Positions 1 to 11,695 of a stretch of DNA of 64,000 nucleotides are shown here, in pieces; the stretch's first letter is position 1, and every line of letters starts with the position of its first letter. A model generated the notes under the pieces. The model was not told the origin of the DNA and did not search any database. It saw only the letters and a list, made by a program, of their open reading frames with translations. A program made the position numbers and the translations under genes. The DNA is taken from positions 1 to 64,000 of the forward strand of contig JAXLNO010003705.1 in assembly GCA_038087875.1 (NCBI GenBank), written 5' to 3'. This DNA is from Malacoraja senta (lineage: Eukaryota).

Positions 1-60
1 GAGTACAGAGGCAAATAAATAAATGATGGGTCTTTGTGCCAAACATTATGGAGGGCACTG
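1..60. mobile_element. Terminal inverted repeat end of a Tc1 element extending beyond the window
   Basis: ...aaacattatggagggcactg followed by TA; the same terminus as the two complete copies in the window. Confidence 0.9.
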
Positions 61-779
61 TACATGACTTCATAACTATCAGTCCAGCAACTCAAGATGA
101 TCAAACACCATAAGCACTAAAGTTATGCTTAACTTTAATTAAGGTCTCCCTCACACTGCAGCTTATGATTCACATTGAGGGAAATCCTAGGGTTGGAAAG
201 GAAGGTCAGCAAAGCAACCATAATAGATCGTTTCGAACAATTCAATTGTTTAGCACCACAAATGATGTAGTGCTAATTGATCCCTAAATACTGCTATATG
301 GCCAGCTCACAATCAAGACTATGGGAGGGGTACTTATTTTATTGAGAACACCCCAATTAATTTAATACCGATCAAGTCTCGCACTTCCTCGACCATGCCT
401 CTTACAAAAAATGTTTTTTGCTCAACTGAAATGAACTGGATATTAAATATTTAAAATATATACACAGTATCCATTGCAACATCCCTATTCGAAATAAGAT
501 TCAATCAAACGTTTAAACTAGTTAGAAAAAATTACTGCAAATATTTATAGTTTTTTTAAACAAGAAGTCAAAGGCATATGGTATTTTCTTGAATTAGAAA
601 TTTCAAAATGAACTGAAAATGGTGACACTAAAATGCTAATTTCTCAATAGTAATCAAAAACATGCCTCATCACAATAGGAGCTTGTGTGCAAGAGATAGT
701 GTTATTAAACACACTTCCTTACTCCATCCCTTGGAGATCTAACTACAGATTGGCTTCACTGGACAATAAATATGGGGAT

Positions 780-1157
780 AGGAAGAAATAGAGAGAGATC
801 TGGTGATTTTTAGAGATATATAAAATCTTGAGGGGAATGGATAAGTTGAACTCACAGAATCTTTTCATCCATTATGGGGGAAACCAAGACAGGCGGGTGT
901 ATATTGCAGGTAAGAAACAACCCAAGAGGCAACTTTTTCCACACAAAGGGTGGTATCTTTATGGAAGAAGCTGTCAGAGGAAATCTTGAAGGCAGATACA
1001 ATAACAACATTTAAAAGACATTTGGACCGACACATGGTTAAGAAAGATTTGGAGGGGTATGAACCAAACATGGACAAATGGGACTAGCTTAGATGACACA
1101 CCTTGGTCAGCACAGATGAACTGGGTCATAGAGCCCGTTTCCATGCTCTATGACTCT
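780..1157 (+). mobile_element. CR1 LINE 3' fragment (decayed)
   Basis: FFTQRVV-like and FKRHLD-like ORF2 end; 3' UTR ending ctatgactct. Confidence 0.8.
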
Positions 1158-2214
1158 AACAGAAAAGGTGCCACTTAACCGAAAGAAAATAACCAACTTT
1201 CTCAAATAAATAACTTGAAGCCCAAAAATACATAAACCATGAATCAGTTAAACAAAGAGAATTGATATATCTAAAATAGTGTATCAGAGGGAAGAAATAA
1301 GAATATCAAATAAAAGTATGGAGCTAACATGTTTACGAGTCAGACAGAAGCTTTCAGTGCTAAAATCTTCGTGATTCTACATCTGTATAAACTCTCATGG
1401 AATTCACTGCAATATCAAGAGATAAACATTCATTTGCATATATAATCACAATAGTGAATAAACTGCACTTCAGAGCCACCCCCATGATTAAATTGATTAT
1501 TCCATGTTCTCATTTGTCCAAACTAATTAAAATCAAGTTGTCAAATATTTCATTGTTGGCATAATGAAATTGGTGCTCTTTAACAATTGAATGCATCCTT
1601 GATAAATTAAGTTTAGAAATGCAATTCAAAACCAAATCTTTATCAAAAAATATTTCATTCTGATATTCATTAGTTGTAAATTAATAGAATTCAAATAACT
1701 TCAGGTCAAGCTATTCAATAAAAATATGACTCCACTCAACTCACAAAAAAGACTTTGTTTCCATTGTTGTTCTAAACAAATTTTGTTAAGAATTAGCCAG
1801 AAAATGTTTGTGCTTCCCAATTGCTCTTTCCATTCCAACCACAGCTGCCATTGAATGTAATGCTGATTAAACTCAGCTGCAAATTGACAAAATGCAACTG
1901 TTACCTTGGTAACTTGTGCCTTTGCTCCAAACTTGAGCTGAAGCACTTGATTTTTATTTTATTGATGTACCTTCCGCTTTGAACATCAAAGCTACTTATT
2001 GGAAAACAAAACTTGACATAAATTTCCGTGAACTCCTTTGCATTTCCCAGATTAAGCCGCACAGAACCAACCCGACTGACTTATAACTCCAAGTACCCTT
2101 ATCCAATGTATCATATTTAAAATTCTTGGTGTCATGTCAAAATCCCTTCACTGCCTCACCACTCCCTTACTCCACTACTACTAATCACTCACTTACAATT
2201 TCTGAATCATGCAT

Positions 2215-3466
2215 TTAAGAAGGAACTGCAGATGCTGAAAAATCGAAGGTAGACAAAAATGCTGGAGAAACTCAGCGGGTGCAGCAGCATCTATGTAGGT
2301 ATGTTACAAAACTTACCTTCAGTCGCGCTGTAATTCTGCCACTGGCCGTGTGCGCGATTTTGGCGCCTTTAAGGGGGGGGCGGGGTTAAAACGCGGTTTC
2401 TCCTCCCTTGTCCTGGAAATATTTTGTTGGAGTACAAACCTTCGCTGACAAAAATCGTTCCTACCGGCGTTTTGTGAATTTTTTTAATTTATTAAATCGT
2501 CAATGTCAGCGCTACAGTAGTTTTAAAAGCAGCTCCTGAAGCGTCAACGCCAATAACGGGGACGGATTTCACACAATGGACAGGTAAACGAAAGTGCTTT
2601 CTTTAAATGTATAAAAGTGCTTCTTAAGAAGCCTTTAATTCACATTTTGTCATGCGACACGGTGATTTTATTCCCCGAATTAACGGCAGTATTTTTCATG
2701 CCAATACGGGGTTAAATTCACCGCAAATGAACGTTCCAAAAGATCGCGTTCCAGAAATTCTCACTCGCAAGATGAATTAAATGCCCATTAATTTACAGGT
2801 ATTAAACATTCAATTCCTTCCATTTGGCCTGTAAATTCATGAAAATTAGATTTAAAAATTATGTTATATTGTGAATTATTGTGTGAATGTTATTTGGACA
2901 CTTAGGCTATTTAAAAATGTTAATCTATTCTTAAGAAATTGATAGATGTTTAGATCTAGTAATTGAATTTTGTAATTAGCTACAATTAGGTAACTAACTA
3001 ATTATATGCTTTACTTTCATGTCTTCGAAGTAAGATTGTTTCATATTTGTTTCAGAATGCTTCAATCTATAATACCTGAAAATTTCTTTCAGTTACCATA
3101 ATTTTTAAGAAAGTTATGGGCTTTTAACTGTCCTCGATCACAGCTTTTGTGTTAAGTCAATGGAAAGCAATAGGGAACTAGATGCTAATTTCTGAGTATG
3201 ATAATGGCCATAACTTCTTTAATACTGAAGATATGAAAGTGAATTAAGTGTCAAATTAAACTTCTTTTTATGCTTTATCTGATGGGATAAATTGCAGACT
3301 TTATTTTTTAAATCTCAAAATTTTGTAACATTGCTAATCTATGGAGCAAAGGAAATAGGCAACGTTTCGGGCTGAAGAAGGGTTTCGGCCCGAAACTTTT
3401 GCCTATTTCCTTCGCTCCATAGATGCTGCTGCACCCGCTGAGTTTCTCCAGCATTTTTGTCTACCT
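2215..3466. mobile_element. Fold-back Penelope terminal-repeat element, split by a DNA transposon
   Basis: Minus arm 2215-2295 plus 3344-3371, plus arm 3372-3466. Flanked by direct repeat TTCTGAATCATGCAT (2200-2214, 3466-3480). Confidence 0.88.
2296..3336. mobile_element. Non-autonomous TIR DNA transposon (1041 bp), superfamily unassigned
   Basis: Imperfect TIRs TAGGTATGTTACAAAA / TTTTGTAACATTGCTA. 7-bp duplication ATCTATG (2289-2295, 3337-3343) of a host-repeat sequence that is single-copy in sister elements. Confidence 0.88.
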
Positions 3467-3705
3467 TCTGAATCATGCATCTTTTAAAGTTTATGTCCCC
3501 TGATATGAAAACATCAGGGATTAGTTTCTTATTTAAATGATCAAATTCCACAATCACCTAAGACACCTTGAAAAGATTATCCCTTAAATATTCTGTATTT
3601 GGCTGAACATAGGCTTCATGTTATACAGCTGTCCGGGACTTTTTTTGAATTCTAAACTTTTCAATCTACCAAGTATAGGAGCAGGCAGTGAACTTTATAT
3701 GCAAT

Positions 3706-4252
3706 CATCTGTGCAGTTTTGGTCCCCTAATTTGAGGAAGGACATTCTTGCTATTGAGGGAGTGCAGCGTAGATTTACACGGTTAATTCCCAGGATGGCC
3801 GGACTGTCATATGCTGAGAGAATGGAGCAGCTGGGCTTGTACACTCTGGAGTTTAGAAGGATGAGAGGGAATTTCATTGAAACATATAAGATTGTTAAGG
3901 GTTTGGACACGCTAGAGGCAGGAAACATGTTCCCGATGTTGGGGGAGTCCAGAACCAGGGGCCATAGTTTAAGAATAGGGAGCAAGCCATTTAGAACGGA
4001 GACGAGGAAACACTTTTTCTCACAGAGAGTGGTGAGTCTGTGGAATTCTCTGCCTCAGAGGGCGGTGGAGGCAGGTTCTCTGGATGCTTTCAAGAGAGAG
4101 CTAGATAGGGCTCTTAAACATAGGGGATCAGGGGCTATGTGGAGAAGGCAGGAACGGGGTACTGATCAGCCATGATCACATTGAATGGCGGTGCTGGCTC
4201 GAAGGGCCGAATGGCCTACTCCTGCACCTATTGCCTATTCTCTATTGTCTAT
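3706..4252 (+). mobile_element. CR1 LINE 3' fragment (young)
   Basis: VQFWSP-LRKDILAIEGVQRRFTRLIP...RTRGH...FFSQRVVSLWNSLP (ORF 3618..4175); 3' UTR with a (ctattgt)n-like tail. Confidence 0.92.
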
Positions 4253-4440
4253 TATCTCTGCTTAAGAGTTAATTAATTATTGAAATATTAAAACAGATGT
4301 AAAGATCCACTTAAAGGTTCATACAAAGATCACCGCAATTCGCTCATAACAATTCTCAGCATAAACTTAAAACAAACCACCATTTCACATTCTCCAGACA
4401 ATAAAAGAGTAATTAATTGACAAGCACAAATTATCCTTAC

Positions 4441-4577
4441 CAAGCGATCGTGTGTATGGAGATTGTTGTAATTAGTAGATTGAGAGACATGAGAAGAGTT
4501 TCCCAACATTCCTCCATAACTTGGCTGGTGTATTCCATTTGAGGAATTCCAAAGATCAGAAGAATTATGATTTCCTT
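4441..4577 (-). CDS. TCF12: TCF12 internal coding exon (137 bp, about exon 10): (E)[45 protein letters not shown]
   Basis: ttttccatattag|AAGGAAAT...GATCGCTTG|gtaagg. Phase 1 in, phase 0 out. HNSSDLW and LHxHDRL motifs. Lies within track ORF 4330..4605. Confidence 0.96.
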
Positions 4578-4796
4578 CTAATATGGAAAATAAATTATTT
4601 ATCAATTACAGAGAAAATCAAAACAATTTCTTCACAACAATGGAAAATATATAATGCAAAAATCAAGGCCTTCAATGACAACTGGAGAATAAGCAACATG
4701 GCCATAATTCTTAGCAGATTAAATCAATTTTGGATACAAATTCATTACAGATAAATGTAGCAGACGCCAACAATAAAAAAGTTAATTTATAATTTA

Positions 4797-5063
<267 letters not shown>

Positions 5064-6586
5064 TTAATAAGTCAGATTATGTGTTTGAAACCCTTATTAT
5101 TTCCATTCCAAACTTAAGTATCAACAATCAAGTATCAATATATAATAGCCATTCTAAAAACTACCATTGAAACTGCAAACTTTGACATCCCATGCAAGTG
5201 CTGCTGAAATCTGAAGTCTAAGATTCGATGAATGACAGGTTGCACATCTATCATTACACTCAGTGTGTGGTTCAATCATGGAGCCCAAACGTGCTTGGGT
5301 TCTTCAGAATTACAGTAGGGAAATCACCTGTCTGATCACAGATCAGTCTGCAGTCTATGACAGCATATTACGATTTCTGTGCGGATTCATGGATTTAGAG
5401 GCAAAGAGGAAAGCAAATTATTTTATTTTCATTATTTGACTTTAACAGTTTTTAAAGTTTAGATCTTTTGGTTCTTTAAATGAATTAATTTTATTTGTGG
5501 ATTTTAACGACACTAAAACTAAGAAAGTTATTGAGATGACAAAGCCTAGCCTGCAGTTTTGCCTTTTGTTAAAGTGTCAGAATTGTTCCCGAGGTAAGGC
5601 AAGGACTGTTGGCACAATTTGGTGGATTAGTTACCGCCAGATTCAGGAGCATTTCCATTATTAGACTACTGAATGTCCTCTCATCAGCCAAGGGTACAAT
5701 TCTGATTTCTCAATCTTCTCATTGTGGCCCTTGCATTTATTTTAAATCTGCACTTTCTCTGTCGCTGTAACACCATAACGCTGCAACACTACATTCTGCA
5801 CTCTGGAATGTTTCCTCTTACACTACCTGTGGTACACGTGTATGGCTTGATTGCACTCGTGTAAAATACGATATGACCTGATATCATGCCAAACAGAATT
5901 TCCAATATGTTTCAGTACATGCGACCAATACCAATAGTTCGTTAATTGAAAGTTTGTTTCAAATTACTTAGCAAGAGGTTTATTTCAGATATGAAAACGC
6001 TAGTTCGATGATTAATGAGTGCATATTCCCGTGTAAATATTTTTCTAAATGCCCAGCTGCCAAAGTTTCAAAATCAAGCAATGTTTTCAAAAGATGTTGT
6101 GTTGTTTTTATGAATCCCACACCAAGGGAATGGGAGTTGTACGCCCAACAAACCTTTCCTTTTAAAAAACTAGGTGAACAATTTAAACTGGCTAACAGTT
6201 GAATAAGCTGAGAACTTAGCCTCCCCATCAAATGCATACTTTTGTGCATCAGCATCCTAAGGTTATGTGCTGACCAGAAAAAGAAACCATATAACATAGT
6301 TTTAACTTGGGTCTTAGGAAACTTTGTCATGTGAATTCCATCATTGCTGCACAAACAAACAGCATGTGATCAGCCTGATGTTTAATCTATCCACTGTTCA
6401 CTGAAAACCAAAGGAAAAAGGTAGTTTGTGTTTTAATTGTGAGAAAACACTGGGAAAGTTAAAAACTTAACTGCAGTAGATATATGTTTTACATCAAGAG
6501 TCATCTCCAGTTTCCAACCACTTTTGAACAGAAAAGGAAGAGAGATTTCAACAGTGCCAAGGTATTTTTTACAAAGTCATGATCTA

Positions 6587-8227
6587 CAATGCCCGCCATA
6601 ATGTTTGGGTGAAAGACCAATCAGTTATTTATTTGCCTCTGTACTCCACAATTTGAGATTTATAATAGAAAAAAATCCCATGTGGTTAAAGTGCACATTA
6701 TCAGGTTTTAATAAAGGCCATTTTTATACATTTTGGTTTCACCATGTAGAAATTACAGCAGTGTATAGACATGGTTCCCCCATTTCAGGACACCATAATG
6801 TTTGGGACACAGCAATGTCATGTAAATGAAAGTAGTCATGTTTAGTATTTTGGTGCATATCCTTTGCAAGCAATGACTGCTTGAAGTCTGTGATTCATGG
6901 ACATCACCAGTTGCTGGATGTCTTCTCTGGTGATGCTCTGCCAGGCCTGTATTGTAGCCACCTTTAGCTTTTGCTTGTTTTGGGGGCTAGTCCTTCAATT
7001 TTCTCTTCGGCATATAAAAGGCACGCTGAATTGGGTTCAGATCAGGTGATTGACGGCCATTCAAGAATTGACCATTTTTGAAAAACTCCATTGTTGCTTT
7101 AGCAGTATGTTTGGGATCATTGTCTTGCTGTAGAATGAACTGCCGGCCAATGAGTTTTGAGGCATTTGGTTGAACTTGAGCAGATAGGATGTGTCTAAAT
7201 ACTTCAGAATTCATTATGCTACTACCACCAACAGTTGTATCATCAATGAAGATGAGTGAGCCAGTTCCTTCAGCAGCCATACATGCCCAGGCCATAACAC
7301 CCTCACCACCGTGTTTCACAGATGAGGTGGTATGCTTTGGATCTTGGGCAGTTCCTTCTCTCCTCCATACTTTGCTCTTGCCATCACTCTGATATAAGTT
7401 AATCTTCGTCTCATCTGTCCACAAGATATTTTTCCAGAACTGTCGTTGCTCTTTTAAGTACTTCTTGGCAAACTGTAACCTGGCCATCCTATTTTTGCGG
7501 CTAACCAGTGATTTGCATCTTGCAGTGTAGCCTCTGTATTTCTGTTCATGAGGTCTTCTGCAGACAGTGGTCATTCACAAATCCACACCTGACTCCTGAA
7601 GAGTGTTTCTGATTTGTCGGACAGGTGTTTGGGGATTTTTCTTTATTATAGAGAGAATTCTTCTGTCATCAGCTGTGGTGGCCTTCCTTGGCCTGCCAGT
7701 CCCTTTGCGATTAGTAAGCTCACCAGTGCTCTGTTTCTTCTTAATGATGTTCCAAACAGTTAATTTTGGTAAGCCTAAGGTTTGGTTGATGTTGCTAATA
7801 GTTTTATTATTGTTTCTCAGTCTCATAATGGCTTCTTTGAATTTCATTGGCACAACTTTCATCCTCATGTTGATAAACAGCAATAAAAGTTTCCAAAGGT
7901 GATGGAAAGACTGGAGGAAAGACTAGATGATGAGAGCTCTCTTAGATCTGCATTCAGGAGGCTTTCAAATGCACCTGAGCAATTACAAACACATGTGAAG
8001 CCATGTGTCCTAAACATTATTGTGCCCTGAAATGGGTGGACTATGTATAAACACAGCTGTAATTTCTATATTGTGAAACAAAAATGTATACAAATCGCCT
8101 TTAATAAAATCTGACAATGTGCACTTTAACCACATGTGAGTTTTTTCTATTACAAATCTCAAATTATGGAGTACAGAGGCAAACAATGAATGATGGGTCT
8201 TTGTCCCACACATTATGGAGGGCACTG
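6587..8227 (-). mobile_element. Near full-length Tc1/mariner (IR/DR-type) DNA transposon, inactive
   Basis: TA on both sides (6585-6586, 8228-8229). TIRs of about 220 bp ending CACTG, with an internal direct repeat (ccataatgtttggga). Confidence 0.95.
6842..7868 (-). pseudogene. Tc1 transposase pseudogene
   Basis: HTH region, GRPRK, WTDET, KHGG, QQDND and SPDLNPIQ (catalytic E changed to Q). In-frame TGA at 7575-7577 and indels near the C-terminus. Confidence 0.93.
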
Positions 8228-8280
8228 TATATATTTTTTATTTTATTGCCACATTTAGCAAATAAAATGGTAATGTGTAA

Positions 8281-8583
8281 ACATGTGGTGCAGCGGTCGA
8301 GTTACAGGGCATAGTGTTAGAGACCCGGGTTCGATTACGACTACGGGTGCTATCCGTACAGGAGTTTGTACATTCTCCCCTTGATCGCGTGGGTTTTCTC
8401 CGAGATCTTTGGTTTCCTCCTTCACTCCAAAGATGTACAGGTTTGTAGGTTAATTGGCTTGATATAAATTGTAAATTATCCATAATTTGTGTCCCTAGTG
8501 TTAATGTGCGGGGATCGCTGGTCTGTGTGGACTCGATGGGCCGAAGAACCTGTTCCGGCGCTGTATCTCTAAACTAAACTAAA
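8281..8583 (+). mobile_element. tRNA-derived V-SINE (HE1-like)
   Basis: A box gtggtgcagcgg, B box ggttcgatt, V-domain gggttttctcc..ggtttcctcc, CR1-like 3' end, (aaact)n tail. Confidence 0.9.
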
Positions 8584-11404
8584 GCATTGCTGAAAGGTTT
8601 TATACATATTAAGTAATATTGGCTCTAAATAAGTATACTATTTTGTAAGCAGCATCTGTTCTTTTTCCTATACTCTTGCCTGTCAAAAATATGCATACCT
8701 CTCAGCTTTCACAAACAGCCTCAATTCTAGGATCAAAGGCTTTGTGCACCAAACCTTATTGATGTGGTCTCAATAATTTAATCAACTCCAGATGGAGAAT
8801 CAATAGTCAGCCAATCCACAGAAGGACCGAGTTCCTCCAAGTTATAATCAGAACAGATCACAAATGAGAAACAGATCGAGTCATCCAATCTCCTCCAAAT
8901 CATTTGCCAATTAAACATTTAACAAGCTACTCACAAGTTTCATCCCACTATCACTACACAGAGCATGAAACTAAACAGAGCTTAGAAATATTGCTTAATT
9001 ACAATTACAGATAAACACCATTTTGATGGTTCATGAAGTGTATCTGGTCACAAAACCAGAACATCCCATGAATAATGCCCAGCCAGTGATGAAAAGATTA
9101 TGTCATGAAAATTAAGTTCGGCAGTACAATAAAAGTGGCTGCAGAAGGGTTGATAACTATCCAGTTTAGTCATGAAGTTAAACATGTTAGCCACGTTCAA
9201 CTGCAATGACTTCTTACATCCAAAATCCATTGGCCCTCAACAGCTAGGTTTACACCTTAACAGAAAGATACCAGACAGCATCCCGTGCCTTTGTAAAGAC
9301 ACCCGCCATAGAAATTCAATACTTTCAAGAAAAGCTGGCCAAGAAACCTAAACAACATTTTTCAGCAAATGCCACTCAATAAGTGATTGATCAGCAACAA
9401 AATTATACAGACATCCATTATGAAACAAGAGTGCAATCCTCAAACCCTTTTCATAGTTAATCTTTAATTCATGCATTTACAAACTGGAAACAGATTGAAC
9501 AGATGAGCATGTCATTCTTTGAATATACATAATTGTCAGCAGTATAGATCAGACCAGTATTGCACCTGATCCTCTTCCTTGTTCTTTTGATATGCTGGTA
9601 GAAATGAACATAATTTTCATGCTGAATCATCAATAAAGCATTTTGGTGGACAATATGCCTGCCTGGCAGAAAGTGAAGCTCAATAGAATCTTAGAAGAAT
9701 CCACAGGAGTTAAAGCAAAAAGCTAATAAAACTCATCTTAACTGACACAGCCCTCGTTAATGATTTCTGCAGAAAAAAAGTGTTTTTTCTAAAAGCAGAA
9801 ATGCCTTTCGTTTATGACAAATAACACTCTTAAATCTACAGGATAAAACTGAACTGCAAAAGCAGACCTCCCATTTTAAAGGGAGATTAAAGTTCAAAAT
9901 ATATTTTATTTTTAAACACGTTAACCAAAGTGTCACAACTGTAGTGGCTTAATTGAACATACTTTAATGAACCCATAGCTTAGTGAACAGTTGTAGTTAT
10001 GGCAAACAGTAGTTCAAATATGATGCAATTTACAGCGGGGAGTAACCCTCAAATAACAAAGGCTCTTTAACCCAAATATCTTGAAAACAAATCAGAAAGG
10101 TCATTTATTATTTGAATCTCATGGCATCTGCTTTGACCTCATCTCAATAACATATGCTGAAATGTAATCAGAACCTAATCCACAAGAAAAATGGCTTGCA
10201 CTTTAATAAAACCTCTAAATACCAGACTACAAATTACCCAAGTCCCATGGTAAGAAGCTTTTATTCAATACAAATGTGTAATTATTAAAATCATACAATT
10301 GGCCTCTTACAGATTTTTAAATGAAGATGGGGTGGGATCAGTGTAATCAATTAAATGATAGATCACACAATGCAAAGGAATAAATTAGTACCTCGATTAT
10401 ATGTCTCTACCACGTAACAGGAAAGAAAATATTTTGATACAGAATTCAAGCCATTGCTCACAAGTTTGAAAAAGCATAATATGCCTACTGCAGCATACAC
10501 CCAAATGTTAAGCCATAAATATCATAAACCCACTGAGAAGCGAAAGAGGATAAACAATTTCAGGTTCTTACATTTTATGAACTCCCACTTTTTCTGATCA
10601 GCAGAAGAGCATGGATCATGGATGACTGAAGTCTCTTGCTCAAGAATCCAGTCATATAGTGCGATGTAAAATGATTTACATCCATAATTGTGATTCTGTG
10701 CAACGTTTATGGGAACAGGTTCCCATGCATACGCTGCCCACAGCCTCCATGATAAAAGTTGCAGGCTTGGGAGATGCATTCAGTGTCACCCGGACAATAA
10801 TTGCAGTGTATTTTAGTGGAGGGAATCCATCTGTAAGGTAGAGTTTTTGCTGCTCAAAAAGACTTTTTCCTGAATGGAATTGAGCCTCAAATGTTATTGG
10901 TAATGTACTCAGCCAGGAATGTGCAGAGCATTCCATCATGTTCCCAACTTTGTCTTATATAAGGAAAAGGTTGAGGTATTATAAATCAAGTGATTACATT
11001 TTAGATATCCAGCCTCTGCCCTGCCCTTATAGCAAACTTGTGTGAATGGTTCAGTTAAGCGTCGAGCCAACAGTGAATGCTGCATCCCTATCACCATGAG
11101 TATTGATGGTGGGACTCAACCATGGTAAAACCACCGAATATCAATCGATTCATGGATATTAACATCTCAGTACATCTTAATAAGATTTTAAGTATCACGA
11201 ACAAACATGAGATAGTGTGAACGAGAGGTTTCATATGAATAATATCTGTGCAGGTGCATTCCAATATCAATCCAAAACTTATTCCATGTACTAATTTCAT
11301 GCCCTGCATCTTCCATATTTTTACTATTTATCTCTATTAAAAACTTTAAAATAATTAAATTATCATTACATCCTACTTTATATTAACTTCCATATTTTCT
11401 TACA

Positions 11405-11695
11405 ACATAGATGGCCATTCAGCCCATTAAGGACATGCTGACACAGGGAACTCTCCCATTCCCGCAATAATTTTTCATGTAATGTATTCTCTCCACATTC
11501 CCATCAATTCTATCACCCTTCTATACACCAGGGGCAATATACATTGGCCAATTAACCTGCCAACTCAAATCTGTGATATGTGGTAGGAAATTGGAGCACC
11601 AGAAGAAAATCAACGTGGTTACAGGGAGCACATCAAACTGACCATACCAGAGGTCAGGGTTCAATCCTAATCACTGCGGCTGAGTCAGCAGCTTC
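11405..11695 (-). mobile_element. Old V-SINE copy
   Basis: Degenerate reverse-strand V-domain (ggccaattaacct...gtaggaaattggagcacc). Confidence 0.6.

Noticed and set aside
1700-2080. Conserved non-coding element candidates here and at about 21100-21560, 41760-42060 and 58600-58820
   Set aside because: They look motif-rich and repeat-free, but conservation cannot be judged without an alignment.
5221-5350. C/D box snoRNA
   Set aside because: No proper RUGAUGA/CUGA pair with a terminal stem on the host-gene strand.
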